NCBI GenBank assembly: GCA_002269645.1
Contig: NIVC01001418.1
Location: 1-16,332 of the forward strand
Length of the DNA: 16,332 bases
Origin: Macrostomum lignano
Lineage: Eukaryota
Reading direction: 5' to 3'
The first letter of the stretch is position 1; each line of letters opens with the position of its first letter. A model generated the notes under the pieces. It made no database searches. It worked only from the letters and a program-made list of their open reading frames with translations, and was not told where the DNA came from. This document shows positions 8,257-16,332 of the stretch, piece after piece. Both the position numbers and the translations under genes were made by a program.

Positions 8257-9400
8257 ATGGGTCAGAGTGCTGGCGATAATGGATCAGCTTGGGTCACTGA
8301 TGGGTCATAGTGTTGGCGACAATGGATCAGCTTGGGTCACTGATGGGTCAGAGTGTTGGCGATAATGGATCAGCTTGGGCCACTGATGGGTCAGAGTGCT
8401 GGCGATAATGGATCAGCTTGGGCCACTGATGGGTCAGAGTGTTGGCGATAATGGATCAGCTTGGGTCACTGATGGGTCAGAGTGCTGGCGATAATGGATC
8501 AGCTTGGGTCACTGATGGGTCAGAGTGCTGGCGACAATGGATCAGCTTGGGTCACTGATGGGTCAGAGTGTTGGCGATAATGGATCAGCTTGGGCCACTG
8601 ATGGGTCAGAGTGCTGGCGATAATGGATCAGCTTGGGCCACTGATGGGTCAGAGTGTTGGCGATAATGGATCAGCTTGGGTCACTGATGGGTCAGAGTGT
8701 TGGCGATAATGGATCAGTTTGGATCAGCAATGGGTCAGAGTGGTGCTTATGATGGGTCAGCTTGGGTCAGCAATGGGTCAGAGTGGTGCTAACGATGGGT
8801 CAGCTTTGGTCAGCAATGGGTCAGAGTGGTGCTTATGATGGGTCAGCTTGGGTCAGCAATGGGTCAGAGTGGTGCTTATGATGGGTCAGCTTGGGTCAGC
8901 AATGGGTCAGAGTGGTGCTTATGATGGGTCAGCTTGGGTCAGCAATGGGTCAGAGTGGTGCTTATGATGGGTCAGCTTTGGTCAGCAATGGGTCAGAGTG
9001 GTGCTAACGATGGGTCAGCTTTGGTCAGCAATGGGTCAGAGTGGTGCTTATGATGGGTCAGCTTGGGTCAGCAATGGGTCAGAGTGGTGCTTATGATGGG
9101 TCAGCTTTGGTCAGCAATGGGTCAGAGTGGTGCTTATGATGGGTCAGCTTGGGTCAGCAATGGGTTAGAGTGGTGCTTATGATGGGTCAGCTTTGGTCAG
9201 CAATGGGTCAGAGTGGTGCTTATGATGGGTCAGCTTTGGTTAGCAATGGGTCAGAGTGGTGCCAACGATGGGTCAGCTTTGGTCAGCAATGGGTCAGAGT
9301 GGTGCCAACGATGGGTCAGCTTGGGTCAGCAATGGGTCAGAGTGGTGCTAACGATGGGTCAGCTTTGGTCAGCAATGGGTCAGAGTGGTGCCAACGATGG
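8257..9400. repeat. 43-bp minisatellite with two sub-arrays, in TMEM87 intron 3
   Basis: Type A ATGGGTCAGAGTGCTGGCGATAATGGATCAGCTTGGGTCACTG, 11 copies, 8257-8729. Type B ATGGGTCAGAGTGGTGCTTATGATGGGTCAGCTTGGGTCAGCA, about 15.5 copies, 8730-9400. Confidence 0.97.
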
Positions 9401-9453
9401 ATATTATAAATTACGGGTCAGAGTAAGGAGAACTGATACAAAACTAAACTCAC

Positions 9454-9830
9454 CCCAGTGCTATTAATACTCTGATATTCGGCATAGAACAGGGCCTTCT
9501 CCAGCATGCCCAGAAAGATAACGCCGGATATACAAAACTGGATGCGCAGCATTTCTCGCCAATACTTGGCGCACAGGCCAAGCCAGAGCAGGCCGAACAG
9601 CAGATACAGCAGGCACATTGAGCCGAAGAACGGCAGCAGGGGCCAGTCAATAGCGGACAAATAGCCAAACCTGTTGACAATTTCAACGCGAGCTCGAACT
9701 TGAAAATTGTTTGGCAGACTAGCGGTGTCGCACTCGTAGGCGTGCAGTACTAATAGGTAGATGCCGTCTTCCCAGGTGCGAGTTATTAGGCCCGCTTTGC
9801 CGGCTGGAGGGGCGGGCGTGGTGGCCGGGG
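9454..9830 (-). CDS. TMEM87: TMEM87-family protein, exon 3 (end of GOLD domain, TM1-TM2)
   Basis: Acceptor CCTTCCGCAG| (phase 1; an alternative in-frame acceptor would start the exon at 9803) and donor GGG|GTGAGT; 377 nt. ITRTWEDGIYLLV...GYLSAIDWPLLPFF...YWREMLRIQFCISGVIFLGMLEKALFYAEYQ. Confidence 0.93.
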
Positions 9831-9873
9831 CTGCGGAAGGTTGGCGAGCATTTCTAAGCTTATAACTTTCAAG

Positions 9874-10341
9874 TTTGATGAGAAAGTTAGGATCTTTGAT
9901 GAGAAAGTTGGGATCTTTGATGAGAAAGTTAGGATCTTTGATGAGAAAGTTGCGATCTTCGATGAGAAAGTTGCGATCTTTGATGAGAAAGTTGCGATCT
10001 TTAATGAGAAAGTTGCGATTTTTGATGAGAAAGTTGCGATCTTTGATGAGAAAGTTGCGATCTTTAATGAGAAAGTTGCGATTTTTGATGAGAAAGTTGC
10101 GATCTTTGATGAGAAAGTTGGGATGTTCGATGAGAAAGTTGGGATCTTTGATGATAAAGTTGGGATGTTCGATGAGAAAGTTGGGATGTTCGATGAGAAA
10201 GTTGGGATGTTCGATGAGAAAGTTGGGATGTTCGATGAGAAAGTTGGGATCTTTGATGAGAAAGTTGGGATCTTTAATGAGAAAGTTGGGATCTTTAATG
10301 AGAAATTTGGGATCTTTGATGAGAAAGTTAGGATCTTTGAT
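9874..10341. repeat. 21-bp minisatellite (TTTGATGAGAAAGTTGGGATC), about 22 copies, in TMEM87 intron 2
   Basis: Uniform 21-bp period; variants are grouped in blocks (AGG/GGG, then GCG, then GGGATGTTC). Confidence 0.97.
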
Positions 10342-10353
10342 AACAGATTAAAT

Positions 10354-10478
10354 AGTCATGAGTAACCATGGAGATGAGAGTCATGAGTGACCATGGAGAT
10401 GAGAGTCACGAGTGACCATGGAGATGAGAGTCACGAGTGACCATGGAGATGACAGTCACGAGTGACCATGGAGATGAG
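10354..10478. repeat. 25-bp tandem repeat (AGTCACGAGTGACCATGGAGATGAG), 5 copies, in TMEM87 intron 2
   Basis: CCATGG at 10366, 10391, 10416, 10441 and 10466; the unit contains the palindrome GTCAC-GA-GTGAC. Confidence 0.95.
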
Positions 10479-10517
10479 AAAAGAAGTTGATATCCAAAAT
10501 CAAATTTACGCATTCAC

Positions 10518-10857
10518 CTTTCGTTGAAGCAACTTTTTTTCCAGCCGATGGGGCTGCAGCTTTGCGTTTACGCCTGTCATTGCTTGTCGGCTTTTTGTTG
10601 GCGGAACTTCCAGAAGCAGCAGAAGCAGAAGAGTGAGGCGAAGAAGCAGCAGAGGAGACATTGTCGGTAAAGTTGCTTAGCGAAGAGCCGTCCCGATTAA
10701 ACTTGGTGGCAATTATGGATGGGCCACGTTGGTCGACATTTTTCAATAGCAGGGTGGTGGTCTGGCCCGGGTGGCACACCAGGCACTGGTCCGCATCGCC
10801 CTGGTTCCAGTCCGGAAATTTCTTGGTTTTCACCTGCTTGTAGTTGAACTCTTTTAC
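10518..10857 (-). CDS. TMEM87: TMEM87-family protein, exon 2 (luminal domain with Ser/Ala-rich loop)
   Basis: Acceptor CCTTGAATCCAG| (phase 0; alternative in-frame acceptor at 10833) and donor AAG|GTGAAT (phase 1); 340 nt. VKEFNYKQVKTKKFPDW...DRRKRKAAAP. The frame joins exons 1 and 3 without stops. Less conserved, so boundaries are less certain. Confidence 0.8.
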
Positions 10858-10954
10858 CTGGATTCAAGGTGGTGGAGAAGTAGCAGTAATTTATTAATTG
10901 GAATTTAAGAATTCGGATCATAATAACTTGGATTTGAGTATGCATTTTCCTGAA

Positions 10955-11750
10955 TTAGGATTAATATCCATAAGTTTGGGATCAGTATCTCTTAGATTGG
11001 GATCTGTATCTCATAGAATGGGATCTGTACCTCATGGATTTGGATCAGTATCTCATGGATTTGGATCAGTATCTCATGGATTGGGATCAGTATCCCATAG
11101 ATTGGGATCAGTATCCCATAGATTGGGATCATTATCACATGGATTGTGATTAGTATCCCATAGATTGGGATCGGTATCCCATGGATTGGGATCTGTATCC
11201 TATAGATTGGGATCTGTATCCCATAGATGAGATCAGTATCCCACAAATTGGGATCAGTATCTCATGGATTGGAATCTGTACCTCATGGATTGGGATCAGT
11301 ATCCCATAGATTGGGATCAGTATCTCATGGATTGGAATCTGTACCTCATGGATTGGGATCAGTATCCCATAGATTGGAATCTGTACCTCATGGATTGGAA
11401 TCTGTACCTCATGGATTGGGATCAGTATCCCATAGATTGGAATCTGTACCTCATGGATTGGGATCAGTATCTCATGGATTGGAATCTGTACCTCATGGAT
11501 TGGGATCAGTATCCCATAGATTGGAATCTGTACCTCATGGATTGGGATCAGTACCTCATGGATTGGGATCACTATCTTATAAATTGGGATCTGTATCCTA
11601 TAGATTGAGATCAGTATCTCATGGATTGAGATCAGTATCCCATAATATTGGGATCAGTATCCCATAGATTGGGATCTGTATCCCATAGATTGGGATCAGT
11701 ATCCCACAGATTGGGATCAGTATAACATGGATTGTGATCAGTATCACATT
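10955..11750. repeat. 21-bp palindromic minisatellite (TTGGGATCAGTATCCCATAGA), about 37 copies, in TMEM87 intron 1
   Basis: Directly visible; the unit contains the inverted repeat TGGGAT-CAGT-ATCCCA. Both ends are degenerate, so limits are approximate. Confidence 0.95.
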
Positions 11751-11787
11751 TGCGATCTATTTGCGATCAACATCCCGGTGACCCTAC

Positions 11788-12120
11788 CTGCACCAGCTCC
11801 GGCTGTTCATAGTACAAAGGCGCTCGCCTAGCATCTTTATCAACGCCGGTGTACTCCTCGGCGCAAGGCGATTGGCGGAGCCGCCAGCCAATCCGGAAGC
11901 GAGTAGCATTGGCGCCAGTTGGCACAGCTGCAGGAGCATCGCCCTCACAAACAATGTGCACAAGAATTTCGGCATTCTTGTACAGACTCTTGGCGAATGT
12001 CATGTACTGATTCTGGCTAGTCAAATCGGCCTCTTTGACGCCCTGCTCAGAGCTGGTGAATGCTAGGCTTGGGTAGGCCTGAGTTCCAAGCACAAGCAGC
12101 AATAAAACAGCGAGAGACAT
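11788..12120 (-). CDS. TMEM87: TMEM87-family protein, exon 1 (signal peptide and start of GOLD domain)
   Basis: ATG at 12120 with an in-frame TGA 9 nt upstream. Signal peptide MSLAVLLLLVLGTQAYPSLA. FAKSLYKNAEI and IGWRLRQSPCAEEY align to the recalled TMEM87A FGKILFRNTTI and ITWYLKSADCYNEI. Donor CAG|GTAGGG; 333 nt. Confidence 0.9.
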
Positions 12121-12187
12121 GAATTTTCAAAGGCTTTTTTCTGCTTTTTATCAAGACTCGAACTCAAATCGAGCACTTGGACTTGTG

Positions 12188-12215
12188 CTGTCATGAAAGA
12201 AGAAATTAGAAATTT
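12188..12215 (-). promoter_or_regulatory. 3' splice acceptor in the TMEM87 5' leader (5'UTR intron or SL trans-splice site)
   Basis: The minus strand reads TTTCTAATTTCTTCTTTCATGACAG|CAC: CTAAT branch-like motif, pyrimidine tract and AG at 12189-12188, 67 nt before the ATG. The same CTAATTT context occurs in intron 4. Confidence 0.5.
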
Positions 12216-13045
12216 AATGATTGAAGCCGTCACGAAGGCTGTGTGCACCATAGTGTACTTTAAGCGACATTGTCACAACCGACGAGAGGCTTAACTGCCC
12301 ATTCCACCAACCGGTGAGCAGGCGAACACACATTTACTATAACTTTACTGTGCCTTGCACAAGCAGAGACAAGCCAAAATTTCAATTTAGCCCCAAATTA
12401 ATGTGACTGCAATGTGGCTAAGGAATATACATGTTTCTTTTCTGCTCAAAAAATGTTGCAATGCCCTTTTAACCACAAATATAACTTTTTTTATTTGTAA
12501 TATACATATCTGTACATATATATATTTGTTATATTTGTGACAATTCTCTAGAAAAATCTTCTTTACTAAGCTCATTTAAAAAAAACCCTATTTAAATTTC
12601 TGCTTTACTTGCCCAATTTTTCAATATTATATACTATTGCATCCTTTTCATTTTTTCAATTTTGCTTTAGCCAATAAACTGCTTGAAAATGGTCAATGCA
12701 GACCAAAATGCATTGCAATAAAAAAGTATTTAAATCTATATTGATTTTTTATTGTTTGGATTCTTTTTATTTATCTTATTTATCTTTATAAATATAGTCT
12801 ATAAAATATAGTCTTTGTCTTTTCTACCTTTGCCTATTGCTAGTTTTATGAATCAAAGAATAAAAAATTATATAAATTGTCTTTTTATTAGGCTCTTAGA
12901 TTATTAATCTAATTATAATTATAATTACAATAAAAATAATGACATGGTTAGGCTTATTATTATAGTTAACACTAAATATGCTTGTAATATCAAGGCTAGT
13001 CCTATTCCTAAGTAATTAACATAATACATAAGTACTAGAAAAGGG

Positions 13046-13369
13046 GAACAAGAAGGGTAGGGGCATTGGCTATGGCCCTTTGATTTTCAAAAAAGGAAAG
13101 GCCATCAATGGTACCTAGCCTATCCTTTACCTTTTTTCTAGTAACTTTTAATATATTTTCTCTAAATAGGCCTAGAGTGCTAAATTTTTCTATTTAAGTA
13201 TAAGCTATTTATTACTTTTATATTTTATATAAAATAGAGACTAAAGAGACTATATTATGTCAAATCCAGGATCCAAGATCTTTTGGATTAGCAATTAATT
13301 GATTATAACAAATGAGTAATGATCATAGGCATTAGAACAAAAGGGCAGGGGGCCATAGGCTATGGCCCT
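13046..13369. repeat. Diverged direct-repeat pair (13046-13079 and 13335-13369), probable decayed TE sequence
   Basis: GAACAAGAAGGGTAGGGGCATTGGCTATGGCCCT vs GAACAAAAGGGCAGGGGGCCATAGGCTATGGCCCT, each followed by CATCAATGG and CCTTT(T)ACCTTT. Copy 2 contains the palindrome GGCCATAG-G-CTATGGCC (13351-13367). Confidence 0.6.
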
Positions 13370-14059
13370 CCCCTACTCTTTTAAAGTGAGAGGGGGGCAT
13401 CAATGGACAATGGTATATAGTACTTGCCTTTTACCTTTAAAAAAATTTGACATCTTTATAACTAAATATAACTATAAAAATACCAAAGTCATAGTCACGT
13501 GCCTTTTTGTTAAATATATCTAAAAAGCAGAATGGTTTTTTATAGTCATTAGAGGAAATTTCATTGTATTAAATAAAGCTAACTAAGGACTAAAGTTGAT
13601 GACAATAACTATTGGAAGTTTACTAGCAATCAGCACCCCCCATTGGAGAGCCAAAAAATGCAGTAGCTTTTTTAAAAAACTACATGTAGCATCTCTTTGC
13701 AATATACCTCAGCAGTCCCTTGTAAGCCTTGACATGTCAGCAATTCCCCCCCCCCCCAACACAAGCAGTGGTGTGATTGGCAAAGGGCCATTTTTTTCGC
13801 GCCTCACAAAAAAATTTGTGCCATTGTTTACTAGTTTAAATAACATGCTAACTACATATATGTAAATGTAGAAAACCCATATTTTTATGGTTTTTGCTTC
13901 TTTTTTCCAGCACTAAGGATCAATCCTTGCTGTGGCAGTACTTTACCACTCATAAAATTTTGGCCTGCACAACTAAAAAGCGAGCAGCAAATGTCCTTGG
14001 ACAAAAATGGGTGTCAAAACTTCATGGTATTTGATTTCTAAACTTTTTTGAAGGACACT

Positions 14060-14340
14060 CTAGGGCAGGCAATGGCTATTCCTAACTTCCTGCTCAACAG
14101 CCTTCCATTTCAGCACTTGCTCAGCAATTCTTTCAGCTTCCTTCAATTTCTTCTGTTGGAGCTTGCATTTCTCCTGTCGAAGCTATTCCAACTCTTGATC
14201 CTTCTCCTTGTTACGAGTCAGCTCCAGCAGCAGTTGTTGGAGCTCTCTTCAGTCTGCTTCCATTTTGACTGGATCTTGTCTTCTTTCATTTTCAGCTGCT
14301 GCTCCAGATCCAGATTTGCATGTATTGTACACCATAACAT
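14060..14340 (-). pseudogene. Decayed coiled-coil coding fragment (one frameshift, one premature stop)
   Basis: ANLDLEQQLKMKEDKIQSKWKQTEE / frameshift near 14245 / LQQLLLELTRNKEKDQELE*LRQEKCKLQQKKLKEAERIAEQVLKWKAVEQEVRN. E/K/Q/L-rich heptad-like text. Family not recognised. Confidence 0.55.
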
Positions 14341-14606
14341 AAAGTTTAAATTTGAATAAAGCGTGCGTGGTTAGACTAAACGTGACCAGTTAGTTGATCA
14401 GTAAAAAATGAAAATCCAAAAATTGAAAAATCGCACCTCTGTTTGACAAAAATTCGCGCCTGCCCTCAGAAATCGCGTATTCGCGCCTTTTTCACGCCTC
14501 AATCACACCACTACCCACAAGCCTTAACATATCAAGTTCCCCTCTTGACATCTTAGCGATACCCCCTATAAGCCTTGAAATCTTAAAAAATCTATCAATC
14601 AACCTT

Positions 14607-14635
14607 CTAATCCTAACCCTAACCTTAACCCTAAA
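14607..14635. repeat. Short degenerate telomere-like (CCCTAA) tract
   Basis: CTAATCCTAACCCTAACCTTAACCCTAAA, about 5 imperfect hexamers. Confidence 0.6.
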
Positions 14636-14862
14636 GCATTGACAGTTCAGTAATTCTTCCAAAGAATTATTATACCACTACACATACATGCGCAACTGCT
14701 GGCCGACCTGGCCGATCCGGCCACCGTAAATCGTGGCTGACCAGGGGTAAGTCGCAAAATTGAGTCAACCAAAAACAGAAAAACACAAGAACCAAGAAAG
14801 ACAAGAGGAAAGCAAAAGAAAGAGCAGTTCAGGGAAAATGGTGAAGCAAAAGAAAAACAATT

Positions 14863-15345
14863 CGCAAAAGAAGCAAACTAAGTTGTAAAAATAATCAGGT
14901 AAGTCACAAAAAGGATCAGGTAAGTCGCAAAAGAAGCAAACTAAGTCGCAAAAAGGATCAGGTAAGTCGCAACAGGAATCAGGTAAGTTGCAAAAGGGTT
15001 AGGTAAGTCGCAAAAAGGATTAGGTAAGTTGCAAAAGGATCAGCTAAGTCGCAAAAGGATTAGGTAAGTCGCAAAAAGGATTAGGTAAGTTGCAAAAAGG
15101 ATTAGGTAAGTCGCAAAAAGAATCAGGTAAGTTGCAAAAGGATCAGCTAAGTCGCAAAAGGATTAAGTAAGTTGCAAAAAGGATTAAGTAAGTCGCAAAA
15201 AGGATTAGGTAAGTCGCAAAAGGATTAGGTAAGTCGCAAAAAGGATTAGGTAAGTTGCAAAAAGGATTAGGTAAGTCGCAAAAAGGATTAGGTAAGTCGC
15301 AAAAAGAAGCAACTAAGTCGCAATAAGAGGGAAGTAAGTCACAAT
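14863..15345 (+). repeat. 20-22 bp minisatellite (AAAAGGATTAGGTAAGTCGCA), about 22 copies
   Basis: Directly visible; 15 units carry AGGTAAGT (5 as CAGGTAAGT, 10 as TAGGTAAGT). Confidence 0.93.
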
Positions 15346-15481
15346 CAGAGGCAATCAAGGGGTAGTAGGTGCAAGTGTGGCAGGAGAGCAAAAACAGAAT
15401 AGAAGCCTTCAACCACAGACAAGATCTTTGAAATCAGAAGCCCGCGTCAACAGTTTCCCATTGATTTCTTAAACTCTGGAG

Positions 15482-15530
15482 CAGGGGTTGGCAAACTCCG
15501 GCTCGCGAAGCCCCTCTATCTGGCCCTCGC
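15482..15530 (+). mobile_element. hAT (Charlie/Buster-like) terminal sequence
   Basis: CAGGGGTTGGCAAACTCCGGCTCGCGA matches the CAGGGGT(C/T)GGCAAAC..CGGC end type of Charlie/MER58-like elements. It is preceded by CTCTGGAG, one mismatch from the NTCTAGAN target consensus. The other end is not in the window. Confidence 0.6.
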
Positions 15531-15571
15531 CCCTCGGGTTCTTTGAAACTTCCTAACTAGCAAGGTTGGTG

Positions 15572-15730
15572 TCTCTTCAACTCTCATCTCTCTCTTCTTC
15601 TCTACCTTGCCTCCCCTCTTCTCTCTCTCCCCCTTTTCCCTCTTCTCTCTCCTCTCATTTTTACTCTCCTCTCTTCTCCCCTTTCTCTCTACCCTTTCTC
15701 CTCAATGCCCTCTTCTCTCCTCTTATCTTC
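15572..15730. repeat. CT-rich low-complexity tract
   Basis: Almost pure polypyrimidine on +. Confidence 0.9.
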
Positions 15731-15763
15731 AGCAAAAATATGTGCATATTTTCTTACTTCAAA

Positions 15764-16228
15764 GTAGAGGGAATAGAAGATTAGAGATAAGCAAACAGAG
15801 AGGCGAGCGATACGATGGGAGAAAAGATAGAAGAGGAGAGAAAAGCTGAGGGAGGAAAAAGAGATGAGAGAGAAGAGGAAGATTAGAGGAAAGAGGAAAG
15901 AAAAGATGATGGATGAGATCAGAAGAGAGGAAAGAGGAAAGAGGAGAGAGTAGATGAGAGAAGAGAGGATAAAGAGGAGATGAGAGGAGAGTGAAGAGAG
16001 GAGAGATGAGAGAGTAGAAAAGAGAGGAGAGATAAGATGAAAGAGTAGAGTGGAGAGAGACGAGAGGGAAGATAAGATGAGAGAGTAGAGTGGAATGGAG
16101 AGAGACGAGAGGAGAGATAAGAATGTAGAGAGGAGACAGAAGAGATAGGAGAGGAGAGGAAAGAGAGAAGGGATAAGGGATGAGAGAGAAAAGAAAAAGA
16201 GGATGAGAAGATTGAGGAATGGAGAGAA
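15764..16228. repeat. GA-rich low-complexity tract
   Basis: Almost pure polypurine on + (GAGAG/AGAGG/GATGAG motifs). Confidence 0.9.
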
Positions 16229-16332
16229 TTTGCAAAGGCTCAAATCTTAGTTTAACATGCATTACTCCCATCTTTGCCTTTTTCCTAACTGTTAACAAGT
16301 TTTTGTTTGAGCATGACTTCAAATTTAGAAAT

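Noticed and set aside
9841-10365. 174-aa (FDEKVGI)n and 158-aa (LMRKLGS)n ORFs
   Set aside because: Antisense translation of a stop-free 21-bp intronic minisatellite; starts are non-ATG or repeat-internal.
6428-10857. CAG|GT at three TMEM87 acceptors as recursive splice sites
   Set aside because: AG|G(T) is the ordinary protosplice/acceptor consensus; the introns are short and the reconstituted donors are mediocre.
10898-11667. (LGSVSHG)n, (IPIHEVQ)n and (MDWDQYL)n ORFs
   Set aside because: All are frames of the intron 1 minisatellite.
6514-11750. CRISPR-like appearance of the 21-43 bp repeat arrays
   Set aside because: Units are head-to-tail with no unique spacers, no cas genes are present, and the arrays lie in spliceosomal introns.
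14048-14359. Leu-rich + strand 103-aa ORF as a membrane protein
   Set aside because: Antisense mirror of the E/K/Q-rich decayed ORF on -; TTG start.
15566-16322. Leu/Ser/Phe-rich ORFs resembling multi-pass membrane proteins
   Set aside because: Translation products of CT/GA low-complexity DNA.

Overview
Eukaryotic (metazoan) genomic DNA, not prokaryotic. Two convergent protein-coding genes are well supported. The first is an intronless, divergent DEG/ENaC-family channel on + (750-2444, 564 aa). The second is a five-exon TMEM87-family gene (GOLD + 7TM, lung 7TM receptor family) on - (12120-6198, 1887 nt CDS, 628 aa, all GT-AG junctions frame-compatible). Every TMEM87 intron is about 85-90% filled by its own minisatellite (21, 21+25, 43 and 26 bp units), and another 20-21 bp array lies just past the stop codon. 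Between the genes are an NF-Y-like GC-rich island with a hairpin, a 243-bp MITE-like element and a degenerate hammerhead-like motif. Upstream of TMEM87 are a 1.5-kb CpG desert, a decayed coiled-coil ORF, a minisatellite built from 5' splice-site consensus (AG|GTAAGT), a hAT/Charlie-like terminus and CT/GA low-complexity DNA. GC-rich exons with minisatellite-stuffed introns suggest an invertebrate such as a Macrostomum-like flatworm, but that is inference only. Most other ORFs in the track are antisense shadows or repeat artefacts. All counts are manual.
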